From assembly GCA_963514005.1 (NCBI GenBank), contig OY740786.1, positions 68,262,001 to 68,326,000 of the forward strand: 64,000 bases of DNA, written 5' to 3'. The stretch is from Raja brachyura. Taxonomy: Eukaryota. Below, piece by piece: positions 12,300-25,023 of this stretch (within the stretch, counting starts at the first letter, position 1; the number at the start of each line of letters is the position of its first letter). The notes below the pieces were generated by a model that saw only the letters and a program-made list of their open reading frames with translations, was not told the DNA's origin and made no database searches. Position numbers and translations under genes: made by a program.

Positions 12300-13237
12300 T
12301 CACCCAGGGGGAAACTGTGAAACAGAACTTAAAACAGAGTCAGCAAAACCCCTGGATCTGGCGACAGGCTTATTATAAATCCTCTGGTACGTCCTCTCAT
12401 TCCACCCTCCCACAGCCGCAAGAATTTGGTCAAGAGGTACGTCCATGTCCCTTGCTGCTGACGTCGATGCAGCCCTGGTGGAATGAGGTTTAAAAATGTC
12501 AGTGTCCACTCCTGCACATGCCATACCTGTTTGATCCACCTAGAGATGGTCTGCACCGTAACCTGTTTGTGAGGTTTGGTGTAGCTGACAAAAAAGGAGA
12601 GTTCCGAGCCTCTCAAGCTCCTAGTGACCTTAATGTAATGGGTTATGGGTGATACGACACACACTCGTGGATCTGAAGGATATGCCATGAAACTCAACTT
12701 GAGCCCTAGTACCCCTGGCCTACTCTATTTGACGAGATCCCGAACGAAAAAGGTGACATTATTGCCAGACGAACTTATACTGTCCAGTCTGAGTTTATGT
12801 AGTGTTTGGACCCGTTGTGCTGAGGCCAGGGCCATGAGCATAACTACTTTCAATGTCAGATGGTGTAGTGAAAGAGATGAAACTGGTGCCCACTGACGGG
12901 GCAGCGTGAGGACCACGCTGACATCCCATATATGAGTGTACCTGGGTCTAGGTGGAGTGGAATTAAAGACGCCCTTCATAAATTTAGTTATTAAAGGGTG
13001 GGACCCTACCATGTAATGTGTTGACCCCAACTGTAAATAATTGGACAAAGCACTGCGGGCACTGTTAATGGCACTATAACTCAGTTTGCTATCGTGATAG
13101 AGTGATGATAGAAACTCCAAAACATCAGTGATTGTAGCTGTGTGGTATGAAATGTGAGAGCGGGAACAGTACATCTCCCATTTTCTTATGTGAGAGATGT
13201 ACTGTTTCTGAGTGCTCTTCCACAGTGATGACATCAA
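12300..13237 (-). pseudogene. DIRS tyrosine recombinase, frameshifted
   Basis: KLSYSAINSARSALS, LASAQRVQTL, FKPHSTRAASTS...GW...TYQRIYNK (R, HxxR, W, Y catalytic pattern). Confidence 0.88.
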
Positions 13238-13276
13238 CGGTACGCTCTGAAAGCCCGAGCCCCAGGAACGGTCTCT

Positions 13277-14483
13277 TCAGAATCTGCAAACCAACAAATT
13301 TATACAGTCATGAAGAGGGTGGCTTTCCCCTGTCACTGGCTGTACCAGCAGATTTCTGTTCTTTGGCATTACCATAAAAGGCTGTGTGATTAAGGCTAGC
13401 ACCAGAGGGAACCAATTCTGAGTAGGCCAGTCTGGCACTATCAGAATACCAGTGGCGGAATCTTGCTGGATTTTTGCCACACATCGAGTAATGAGGCAGA
13501 ATGGGGGAAATACATATACAAATTTACCACCCCAATGTAGCGAGCATGCATCCACCGGTACTGCCCCTGGGTCTAGCTCCCATGACACATAAATTGGTAA
13601 CTGATGATTAAGCCGGGAAGCAAACAGATCAATATCCGGCACACCATAATGAAGGACAATATCATTGAACACTTCGTGATTTAACATCCATTCTTTGTTA
13701 TCATTGAACTCTCGTGACCTGGTGTCTGCCACTGTGTTATACCTTCCTGGTGAATAGATAGCTGAAACCCAGATGTTTCTTGCAATACACCAGTGCCAGA
13801 GGAGATTGGCCAACCTATCACAGGATACAGACTTACTGCCACCCATGTGATTAATGTACGCTACCGTGGTATTATTGTCAATCTGAATTTGGACATGTAC
13901 ATGATGCCTGTTGGTACTAAAAGCCTTTAACCCATTAGAGTCAACAACTCTAAATAGTTAATGCCGTGTGATTGAAGCATGGATGCTTCCTGCAGATCCC
14001 ATCTGCCACCGCAGCTTGAGACGGTATCAGTAGCACCCCAACCTAGTGCACTGGCATCAGTCTGCAGGATAATAGATGGTGTATTGACTAGAATAGTACC
14101 AGAGCAGCACTGAATATTGGCTATCCACCATTGTAACTCAGTTAGAGCGTCAGCTGGTAGCTGCATGGGTCTATCGAGATGACCTCTCTGAAAGTTAAGT
14201 GCTTGTTCCTTTGCACGCTGTAAATTTTGGTAGTGCAAAGGCCCGAATTGAGCAGTTGGGAATGCTGCCACTAATTTTCCTGACTCTTTACCCGAGCCAC
14301 ATGTCTAATAGAAGGGTGATCATCAACAATGAGTTTTCTGCTGGCTTCAATTAAATCTAATTGCTTACCCTGAGGCAGAGTCACTGACATGTGTACTGAG
14401 TTAATGGTGAACCCCAAATAGTCAATTATCTTAGATGGCACCAATTTAGACAACTGGATGGATAATGAATCCAATCTTTTCAA
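13277..14483 (-). pseudogene. DIRS RNase H plus DNA N6-adenine-methyltransferase-like domain, frameshifted
   Basis: RNase H motifs LQTDASALGWGA, INYLELL and NTVAD; MT motifs IDLFASRLN, YVFPPF and LIVPDWPTQNWF. Confidence 0.85.
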
Positions 14484-14540
14484 AAATGAGGTTTGTAGCT
14501 GACACAGATAATTCAGCTAATTCAAAAGTCCTCCTAATGA

Positions 14541-15041
14541 CTAAAATGTCATCCAAATATGCCATGACAATATGATTCTGAGTAACCCCAGGACTGGTTT
14601 GAGCAATTTTGTGAATAGTCTGGGAGTCAAAGTTAATCCGTTAGACAATGCTTTAAACTGCCAGAACTGATCCATCCAGTTAAACTTCAAAAACTTTCTG
14701 TGCTGCTCATGAATGGCCACTGAATAGTAAGCATCTTTGAGGTCAATGCTTGCCATATAACATCCCCTGGAAAGCAGTTGTTTAGCTGTGACAAAAGTTT
14801 CCATTTTGAAATGTTTATACTGCACAAAAGTGTTAAGCTCTGTCAAATCTGGGATAATTCTATATCCTCCATCCTTTTTTGGACTCGTAAAGATATTGGA
14901 CACAAACTGATAAGACTCACACCTTGCCCTTTCAATTACACCTTTTTTGAACAAAGAGTCTAGCTCTTTTTGTGCACTAATACACTCCTGTTGTGAAAAC
15001 ACAAACGTACGACCAGGTGTGTGCTGAGTAGGTGGAGGCAA
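14541..15041 (-). pseudogene. DIRS reverse transcriptase fragment
   Basis: SNIFTSPKKDGGYR, HFKMET, SIDLKDAYY, PRLFTKLLKP. Confidence 0.9.
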
Positions 15042-15199
15042 GTTGGAAATTAACTCAATTTGAAAACCTTGAGTACTATGCAGTATAAACGGGTTAGATG
15101 TTATCCACTGCCATTCATGTAAGAAAAATTACAATCTCCCCCCAACTTGTAATGTATCCATCGCAGTCGCACCTACCTTAGGATTTACCGGCGGTAACG

Positions 15200-16932
15200 T
15201 CACTGCTTCTGCCCCCGAGGTCTGGGGGGTAGGACTGCTGGAGGACGCCGCATCTTGAACATGGCCCGGCTCAGGCCCTGCCACGAACCGTGCTCCACAC
15301 CACGTCCACCATAGCCAGTGAACCGTTTGGCATGCACATGAGGGTAGGGGTACAGTCTGCGGAAAGATGGCACCTTCATGAGACCGACAGTCTTAGACTC
15401 TTTGTCCAATTCTTTCACCTGTTTAGTCAGGTTTTCTCCAAACAGGAGGTCTGGGGGTTGAACAGTCCCCGGTTTACAAAGTCCAGCAAATTTAGGGTTA
15501 ATGGCAGGACGGATGGCATTTTTCCTTATACAATTAATTTCAAAATGTGCATTGCACATGAATGCCATCCCGTCCTCCTCACTATTCGAGAGCGGCCCCC
15601 CCTCCACTGACCTTGCAAAGGCCGTGATGCCCGAGGCGAGTAGCCGGAGTACTTTTTGCAATTTTACCACCTGGGCTCTGACGACCCCTCCAAAGTGCCC
15701 CCATATAGATTGGTTTACTATGGGGACACTCAGTGACAGTTCTGTGGAGTATTGCACCTGGCAGTGGTCTCCTCCATCGTCTGTTCTAGCATATAATTTA
15801 TATTCTCGGCGAGCTCTGAATCCAATGGCTCACCGGTGAGGGCTGGGACCGCAAATCTGGATGCAATGGACAATACACCCGATGGTCCCTCTAGCCCAAC
15901 TGTGCTTCCGTACTCTGGGTCAGCATAGCACTGACCTCGTACGCTCCCGTCATCTGACAAGGAGATATCACACAGCCCTGACACAGCCGCTGCTGCCTCG
16001 GGTTCAATAAACTCCCCGGGCTCCGATAGCTCCGTCCTCTGGAGCGTATCGTGCTGGAGTAACCTCTCCACAAGGCTTTCCAGATGGGCCAGCCTGCCGG
16101 TAACACTGCCCTTAGGAGGGAACTCGTCCACCTCCTGGCCCGACTCCTCAGAGTCCAGGGCCCTTCCGACAGGTGTCCTAAACTTCCTGAGGCACAACTT
16201 CCATCATTGTTCAGCTTCTGTCAAGGAGAAGCTGTATTTCACCCTCGTTAGACCTCATCTGGACTACGCAGTTGCAGCTTGGGACCCATACACAGATAAA
16301 AACATTTCATCCATCGAACGTGTCCAAAGACAGGCCACTCGATTTGTTACTAACACCTACGAGAGAGAAGCGAGAGTCACCAAAGTTCTGAATTCTCTGG
16401 GGTGGAACCCTCTCCAAGACAGACGTGAAGCTCACTGTTTGACCTGTTTTTACAAAATGTTAAATGGACAGCTAGACATAGATCACAAGACCTACACCAA
16501 CCCCAAACCAATTAGGAGCCGACGAGGGCATTCGATCCAATTTGTGGTCCCAGCCACAAAGACAGATGTGTACAGCAATTCGTTCTTTCCACGCACTATT
16601 AAAGCATGGAATAATCTCCACCAAGCCACGGTTGCCCAGCCAGATGCAACTAAATTTAAAGTGGCACTTTCTTCCCAATAACCCTCTCTGGCTTAACCTC
16701 TCCCTTCACCACCTCCAGTTTAAATTCCAGTTGGAATATTTTGGAGGACCAAGAAACCAAGAACCAAGACTTTTTGGTGGCTTTTCTCCCCCGTGGAGTA
16801 GCCAAGGTGCACCAAGTCTGTGGCTGCTGGCTGCCACAGCTCAATAGGTGAATACGGCGGTCGCACGCTGCCCGCAAACCCGTGGTCTTCTGCAGCCGGT
16901 TTGGTCGCGGCTCGCCTCTTCACCTTAGACAT
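15200..16932 (-). pseudogene. DIRS gag-like ORF1, frameshifted and split by a LINE fragment
   Basis: Position upstream of RT; VNQSIW, LQKVLR, IRKNAIRP and LLFGENL motifs. The N-terminus MSKVKRR...SHQK rejoins FRTPVGR once 16183-16769 is removed. Confidence 0.7.
16183..16769 (+). mobile_element. 3' fragment of a divergent CR1-superfamily LINE inserted in DIRS gag
   Basis: Translates FLRHNFHHCSASVKEKLYFTLVRPHLDYAVAAWDPY...IERVQRQATRFV...NSFFPRTIKAWNNL; (CCAAGAA)n tail. Confidence 0.85.
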
Positions 16933-18924
16933 ATTTGCACACAATCCGAAGTTAATGTATTCTTGAATAAACACACTCCAGACCGGGAGCAATGACTTCA
17001 GCTAAAGCTGTTTGAAAAAACACTTATCTGGATCTTTTAAACTTACCCGCTGGAAGGAGCGACGCGCCTGCCAGTCGGTCGTTGCGCAATGCGTCAGACG
17101 TAAAATGACGGCATGCATGGAGTCGGCCTTCTTCACGTAGTCACTCACGTGACTCCGAAGTAAAATAATTATCCACAAGTCTAACTTTGACAGTAGAACC
17201 AATCTTCTGTCAAAATAATGTCAGGCTATACCATCATCAATGAAGTTCCTGAAACTTGGGTGTCGTCACTGCTGCATTCCATGTCTCTACTTGTCTGTGG
17301 TTCCCTCTCACCACATGAGCACAATCCACATCCCTATTTATTAGTTATCAGCCCTTTGGAGTGTGGGAACAAACTGGAGCTCGGGGAAACCCCACGGTCA
17401 CAGGAGAATGTACGAACTCCTTACTGACAGCACCCATACTCAGGATCGAATCTGGGTCGCTATAAGGCAGCCACTCTACTGCTGCTTCTGATTTCTGTGT
17501 TAATGAATTGTACGTCGATGTCTGGTAGCAGGATATGTAAGTATAAACTGAGTTAACATTCTCATGTGTTAATGAAGGAGTATTGCATTATTAAAAACCC
17601 TTAAGTTGAAACATTAAACCAGTCTTTTTTGACATGATTAAACCCCTGGGGCTCCAGTGTGTCAACTTACACTCCTCACTAAATCACCATCAACAGGATG
17701 CCAAATCAATTCATTGGTGACGTCAGTACAAAATGGCCCCTGTGTTTACTTACACATTCCATTACTAACTGGGTCATTCCAACCCAAAAAATAATAAAAG
17801 TGCAAAATGCTTTGCGACAGTTTAATAACGAATAGGTACCGTGGAAATCTACGTTCAATAGAGGTGGGTGGAAAGTAGACACACAAAATCCAGGATGAGG
17901 TCAGAATTTATTAAAATAGGAAGGAATGTGTGGGCCGATTTGTGTAAAGAGATAAAAACCATAGAATCGTACAGCAAGAAATGGGCCTTCCAACAACTTC
18001 CCTACCACTGATGTAAGGCTCATCAGACAGTAGCTTTCTATTCATGTTCCTATAGCTTCAATTGTTATTAGTTTTGTCAAACTTTATTTTCACTGGTTTG
18101 AACTTTCAGTTATAACTCAGATTGTGGGTTTCTCCTCTTATGTTACAGTAACTTCATATATCTATATCATAAGACATATGAGCTGAATTAGGCTATTTGG
18201 CACTTTGGGTCTGCTCCATTCGATCATGGCTGATCTATTTTTCTCAATTAATCCCATTTTCCCGTCTTCTCCCCATAATCTTTGATACCCTTACTAATCA
18301 AGAACCTATCAATCTCCGCATTAAATGTCACGTCTTAACTTCTTAATAAAAATAACTGGTTGAGATAACATATGGGGCTTCAAATTTTTATCGGTTGATT
18401 TCTAATTTCCACCGAATTCCAGCCTTAGTAATATCAAGTTTTAATAAAGTACTATCTTCGATTTTAAATGATGCACATTTTCCCTAACCAGTTTTTCCCC
18501 TAGGGGGCATTGATGTAACATCAGTGTAAATCACTATCATTGTTTCAATACCGAGCAACAAAAAGAATATAAAATATGCTGAAGGCTTCTCTCTTTCTTC
18601 AGTCTACTTAACATACGACGGCTCTAAATAAGTGTTAAGATTCTTCATTTTCAGTTTTTAAGAAAATTCCGTTTTCATTTCAAAGAATGAAAAGGCAAGA
18701 TAATTTTGTGTTCCTTCATCTGCAGTATATGTCTTATAGGTTTTGTTAGTACTCATCACAATCAATATCAGTAACAATTAGTCACAATCAGTATCTGGCA
18801 AAAGCTTTATGCAAACATTTCTGTTGAATTATCATAAACACCTTATCCTTCCCATGCACTGAAGCTTGAAATGGTAATCTAGTCTTTGCTTGAGATATCA
18901 CAACCACAGATTTAAACCACATAA

Positions 18925-19070
18925 GAAAGAACTGCAGATGTTGGCTTACACCAAAGATAGACACAAAATAGATAGATTGGGTCTGAAGATGGGTCTCGAC
19001 CCGAAACGTCATCTATTCCTTTTCTCTAGAGATGCTGCCTGACCTGCTGAGTTTCCCTAGCATTTTATGT
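18925..19070. mobile_element. Penelope-derived repeat (inverted pair) with a hammerhead-ribozyme core at 18979-19014
   Basis: GGGT-CTGAAGA-T-GGGTCTCGACCC-GAAA-CGTC-ATCT, flanked by the approximate direct repeat CACAGAT(T/A)TAAACCA. Confidence 0.75.
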
Positions 19071-20789
19071 CTATCACAGATATAAACCAGACTGGTAGAT
19101 TGCTTTTGAGTAATCCATCTTCTTTAATGTTTTCATCATCCTTTAGACAACATATTTCAGATTTCACCGCATTTTGGATGAAAACAAAGTACCCAAAGAT
19201 GTCTATGATCCTTCTTCCAATTAACAGTCTGGAATGGGCCAGTCGGCAACATTCCCTGATGGACATTCCAAAGAGGAAGAAAGATTCCGAGGGGAGTAAG
19301 GGGCAGCCGTGGCTGACAAGGGACGTCAGGGTCAGTATAAAAATAAAAGAGAAGTAGCAAAGATGAGCGGGAAGCAAGAGGATTGGGTAATGTTTAAAGA
19401 GCAACAGAAGATAACTAACAAGGCAATATGTGGAGAAAAGATGAGGTACGAATGTAAACTAGCCAATAAAATAAAGGAGGATAATAAAAGTTTCTTTAGG
19501 TATGTGAAGAGGAAAAAATAGCTAAGACCAAAGTTGGACCCTTGAAGACTGAAAAAGGTGAATTTATTATAGGGAACAAGGAAATGGCAGATGAGTTGAA
19601 CAGGTACTTTGGATCCGTCTTCACTAAGGAGGACACAAACAATCTTATATACTAGTGGCCAGAGGATCTGGGGTGACGGAAGAACTGAAGGAAATCCGTC
19701 AGGCAGGAAATGGTGCTGGGTAGGCTGATGGGACTGAAGGCTGATAAATCCTCTGGGCCTAATGGTCTGCATCCCATGGTACTTAAGGAAGTGGCTCTAG
19801 AAATCATGGATGCATTGGCAATAATTTTCCAATGTTCTACAGATTCAGGATCAGTTCCTGTGGATTGGGGGGTAGCTAATGTTATCCCACTTTTTAAGAA
19901 AGGCGGGAGAGAAAACAGGGAATTATAGACCAGTTAGCCTGATGTCGGTGGTGGGGAAGATGCTGGAGTCAATTATAAAAGATGAAATAGCGGCACATTT
20001 GGATTGCAGTAACAGGATCAGTCCGAGTCAGCATGGATTTACGAAGGGGAAATCATGCTTGACTAATCTTCTGAAGTTTTTTGAGGATGTATATAGGAAA
20101 ATGGACAAGGGAGAGCCAGTGGATGTAGTGTACCTGGACTTTCAGAAAGCATTTGAAAAGGTCCCACATCGGAGGTTAGTGAGCAAAATTAGGGCATATG
20201 GTAGAGTGCTGACATGGATAGAAAATTGGTTGGACGACAGGAAACAAAGAGGAGGAATTAACGGGTCCCTTTCAGAATGGCAGGCAGTGACTAATGGGGT
20301 ACCACAAGGCTCAGTGGTGGGACCACAGCTATTTACAATATACCTCAATGATTTAGATGAAGGGATTCAAAGTAACATTACCAAATTTGCAGATGACACA
20401 AAGCTGGGTGGCAGTGTAAACTGTGAGGAGGATGCTATGAGGATGCAGGGTGACTTGGACAGGTTGGGGAGTGGGCAGATGCATGGCAGATGCAGTTTAA
20501 TGTGGATAAATGTGAAGTTATCCACTTTGGTACAAAAGCAGGAAGGCAGATTACTATATAAATGGTGTCAAGTTGGGAAAAGGGTAAGTACAATGGGATC
20601 TGAGAGTCCTTGTTCATCAGTCAATGAAAGTAAGCATGCAGGTACAACAGGCAGTGAAGAAAGCGAATGGCATGTTGGCCTTTATAACAAGAGGATTTGA
20701 AGGATGAGAGGGGATCTTATTGAAACATATAAGATTATTAAGGGTTTGGACACGCTAGAGGCAGGAAACATGTTCCCGATGTAAGAATA

Positions 20790-21015
20790 AACTGCGATGC
20801 CTGCTGGCGCACGCAGGTATCAAACCCTGCGTTCAGAAGCTGTGGTCACGTGATTCGGGAGGGGCTGCCGATTTTGTGCGGTTTCGTTTTCGCGCAGAAA
20901 TTGTTTTGCTGACCACCGTTGTGATCAGACGTGTATGCATAGACCTGTTGACTAAGGGGCGAGTGGTTAATAAAGATCGTTCAGAAAACTTAGTATCGTC
21001 TCTGCATCCGCTAAA
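20790..21015 (+). repeat. 5' LTR
   Basis: Direct repeat of 25024-25250; contains AATAAA; ends GCTAAA. Confidence 0.9.
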
Positions 21016-21016
21016 T

Positions 21017-21029
21017 TGGTGACCCCGAC
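21017..21029 (+). promoter_or_regulatory. Primer-binding site, tRNA-Trp type
   Basis: TGGTGACCCCGAC directly after the LTR, complementary to the 3' end of vertebrate tRNA-Trp. Confidence 0.8.
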
Positions 21030-21264
21030 TTGTCTAGCCGTCGTTAGACAGGGATCATGCAGGAGGACTACGTCCCCGCAGAATCGGCCGGCATGAGGCA
21101 AGGCTCACCGGGTTTCAAGCTGCCCTTGTTTTGGCCCGATCAACTGCAGGTGTGGTTCGCCCATGTAGAGGCACAGTTTCATCTGCACAGGATCGTAGCG
21201 GATGAGACGATGTATTTTCACGTGGTGGGAGCTTTACCACAGGACTGTGCCGCGTGGTTACTGA

Positions 21265-23210
21265 ATCATAACTGAAGCTGCTTGTTGGTGGGAAACACAA
21301 GCGAAGATGTTAAACAGATCGAGGTGTGCCTTCCAAGAAGCAAGTGCCAAAGGTACTTACGTCAAATGCAGAATGCAACACCTGAAATCCAAGGGATCTC
21401 TGGTAATGAAGCCTATCTTTTCACAGGACGGAACCCATACCAAAGTCCACACTGGACAAAATGAGGAACATACATTTTAGTTACAGGAGCATCAAAACCC
21501 TACTACAGGTTATCTCTGGGAAAACCAAGGCATCGCAACTCACCAGAAATAACTGGAGCTAACGACGATTGAGAACCAAGCTGGACTCCTTTTTGCATTG
21601 TGACTGGATTCACCAGAAGGGCAAAGCCAGAGGAAAGATGTCAAATAGCCTGATCAGCACGGGGAGGACTCTGCTAGCAAGGCAGAATCTCCAGGAATAA
21701 TGCGTCTTTTTGACTGAAGATGGAGCCATCACCAATTTAACACTGAACAAAAGAAAATACCAGTGAAGACGAGGAGGAAAAGACCCATCCAGGACCAAAC
21801 AGGAGAGCATGAACATCATAACTGAAGCTGCTTGTTGGTGGGAAACACAAGCGAAGATGTTAAAGAGATCAAGGTGTGTCCTTCAAGAGAGGATTTGGCA
21901 GCTGAAGACGGGCCCACGGTGGGTACCGGAGGTTGGACTTACCCCGTGGTGGGTACCGGAAAGAAGTGGAGAAGAGGAGCAATTAGCAAATATAGTTATG
22001 ACAAATTACCCAATTTCGTCACCCAAGTGAGATGGATCAAGAGAGTGAGCTGCGCACTCAGGGAGCCAGGAAGACGGACGGAGCCATCCCAGCGAGGACT
22101 CGATAGCTGAAGACGGGCCCTCAATGGGTTCCAGAGGTCAAAGAGAAGACGAAGAGGAGCAAGTGTCAATGGTAGGTACGTCAAATGCAGAATGCAACAC
22201 CTGAAATCCATGGGATCTCTGGTAATGTAGCCTATCTTTGTCACAGGATGGAACCCACACCAAAGTCCACACTGGACAAAATGAGGAACATACATTTTAG
22301 TTACAGGAGCATCAAAACCCTGCTACAGGTTGTCTCTGGGAAAACCAAGGCATCACAACTCACAGGAAATAACTGGTGCTAACGACGATTGAGAACCAAT
22401 ATGGACTCCATTTTCCATTGTCATTGGATTCATCAGAAGGGCAAATTCAGAGGAAAGATGTCAAATAGCCTGACCAGCACGGGGAGGACTCTGCTAGCAA
22501 GGCAGAATCTCCAGGAATTATGCATCTTTTTGACTGAAGATGGAGCCATCACCAATTTAACACTTAACAAAAGAAATTACCAGTGATGATGAGGAGGAAA
22601 AGACCCATCCAAGACCAAACAGGAGAGCATGAGCATCATAACTTAAGCTCCTTGTTGGTGGGAAACACAAGCGAAGATGTTGAAGAGATCAAGGTGTGCC
22701 CTACAAGAGAGGATTTGGCAGCTGAAGACGGGCCCGCGGTGGGTGCCGGAGGTTGGACTTGCCCCTTGGTGGGTATCGTAAAGAAGATGGAGAAGAGGGG
22801 CAAGTGGCAAATACAGTTATGACAAATTAAACAATTTTGCCACCCAAGCGAGACGGATCAAGAGAGTGAGCTGGGCCCTCAGGGAGCGAGGAAGACGGAC
22901 GGAGCCATCTCAGCGAGGACTCGATAGCTGAAGACGGGCCCTCGGTGGGTTCTGGAGGTCAAAGAGAAGACGGAGAGAAGCAAGTGTCAATGGTAGTTAC
23001 GTCAAATGCAGAAAGCAACATCTGAACTCCAAGGTATATCTGGTAATGAAGCCTATCTTTGTCACAGGACAGCACCCACAGCAAAGTCAACACTGGACAA
23101 AATGAGGAACATACATTTTAGGAACAGGAGCATCAAAACCCTACTGCAGATTGTCTCTGGGAAAACCAAGGCATCGCAACTCACCAGAAGTAACTGGAGT
23201 TAACGACGAT
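21265..23210 (+). repeat. Tandem array of an ~820-bp unit (550 + 820 + 576 bp) inside the Gypsy element
   Basis: ATCATAACT(G/T)AAGCT...TTGTTGGTGGGAAACACAAGCGAAGATGTT recurs at 21265, 21815 and 22635. Confidence 0.92.
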
Positions 23211-25023
23211 TCAGGAGTTAACGAGGGCATCAGTCCCCACGGCTCTTACCATGGACGCGTCGGACGTCGCGGTGGGTGCTGTCCTCGAGCAGTGGGTAGG
23301 TAACCGCTGGCAGCCGCTGGCGTTTTTCAGGAGGCAGCTACGGGCCCTGGAGATTAAGTACAGCGCTTTTTATCGGGAGCTCCTCACCTTTACCCAGCGA
23401 TCAGGCATTTCCGTTATTTCCGTGAGGGCCGCACGTTCACTGCATTCATGGACCACAAGCTGCTCACGTTCGTATTGAATAAAGTAATCAACCCCTGGTC
23501 TGCTAGGCAACAGCGGCACCTCGCCTACATATCTGAATTCACGTCTGACATTCAGCATGTGACGGGGAAGATGAACGTTGTGGCCGATATGCTATCCCGT
23601 CCGGCGGTCCCTGAGGTTTCCATTTTAAACCTAGGTGTGGATTACGCAGAGCTGGCAGCAGCTCAAAGGGCTGATGCCGGCATGGGGGATTACCGCAATG
23701 CTGAATCGGGACTCAAACTGACTGAAGTGCCTTGTGGCGCTGTAGGCATGCGGGTCATTTGCGACGTTTTAACCGGTAAAGCCCGCCCGTTCGTCCCGAT
23801 TGCCTGGAGGCGACAAATTTTCAACACCATCCACAGCCTAGCTCACCCATCCATCCACGCCACCTCTGCCCTGGTTGGATCCAAGTTCGTCTGGCACGGG
23901 TTACAAAAGCAGGTTGCAGCATGGGCCCACGCTTGTATCCCGTCAGACTTCCAAGGTGCAGAGGCTTGTGCACCCGCCGAGCAGGATTTTGCTGTTCCTG
24001 CACATCCATGTTGACCTGGTGGGTCCCTTACCATGTTCGCGCGGGGCCATGCACTTACTCACTATCGTGGAAAGGTTCACCGGGTGGGCAGAGGCAATAC
24101 CGATGATCAATACCTCTGCCGAGGCTTGTGCCCGCACTATTGTCTCCAATTGGATGCCTCATTTCGGGGTCCCTTCAGATATCACTACCGACCGTGGGGC
24201 CCAGTTTACGTCGTCCCTATGGTGTGGTATGACGCAGCTGTATGGCGCAAAGCTGCACCAGACCACTGCTTATCATCCAGAGGCGAACAGTTTAGTCGAG
24301 TGGTTTGACACCTTAAGTCGGTGGTGAAGGCCCGGCTCACCTGCCCCGATTGGGTCGACCAGTTGCCCTGGGTTCTCCTAGGCATCAGAACCACGCCTAA
24401 GGAAGACCTCGACGCCTCCTCGGCCAAGCTGGTTTACGGTTCGGTTTTGCGGGTACCTGGGGAATTTTTACCCGCCACCCGCGATCAGGAGGTCCCGGTT
24501 TCGGCGGTGCTAGCTGACCTTCGCGAGTGGGCGGTCGCGTTGGTCCCAGTTCCCACCTCCTGCCATGGGTCGTCCGCGGTGCATGTGCCTACTATGTTAC
24601 GGGATTGTGCTTATGCTTTTCTTCGTAGGGACGCTCACCGCTCGCCGTTACAGCGGGTGTACGAAGGACCGTACAAGGTGTTAGCGACTGGTACCTCAAC
24701 GTTTACGTTGGACATGGGTGGCAGGGAGGAGTTCATCTCCGTCAGCTGCCTTAAGCCAGCACACGTTGACGAGGATAGCCCGGTGGCTGTGGCCACTCCA
24801 TGGCGTAGAGGGCATCCGTCGGCCGTTTTGCTGCCCTCTGCACCTGTTACCCCCATTTTTTTTTCACCGGTCCCCTTTGTTAGACCTGTCTCGTTCACGT
24901 TTGTCGCGTCCCTCCGGTTCGGTTTTGCCGGTCCCAAATGTTACGCTTGCCCTGCGACCTCAGACTACGCGTTCCGGTCGAACTGTCCGGTTACCCGTGT
25001 GTTTCCAATTATGGGGGGGGCCA

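Larger units (their letters stand above)
11812..17165 (-). mobile_element. Full-length DIRS1-type tyrosine-recombinase retrotransposon, decayed
   Basis: Order gag-RT-RNaseH-MT-YR on the minus strand. Inverted termini (17105-17142 vs 11883-11920). ICR at 12040-12140 is complementary to both 11815-11889 and 17131-17161. Confidence 0.93.
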
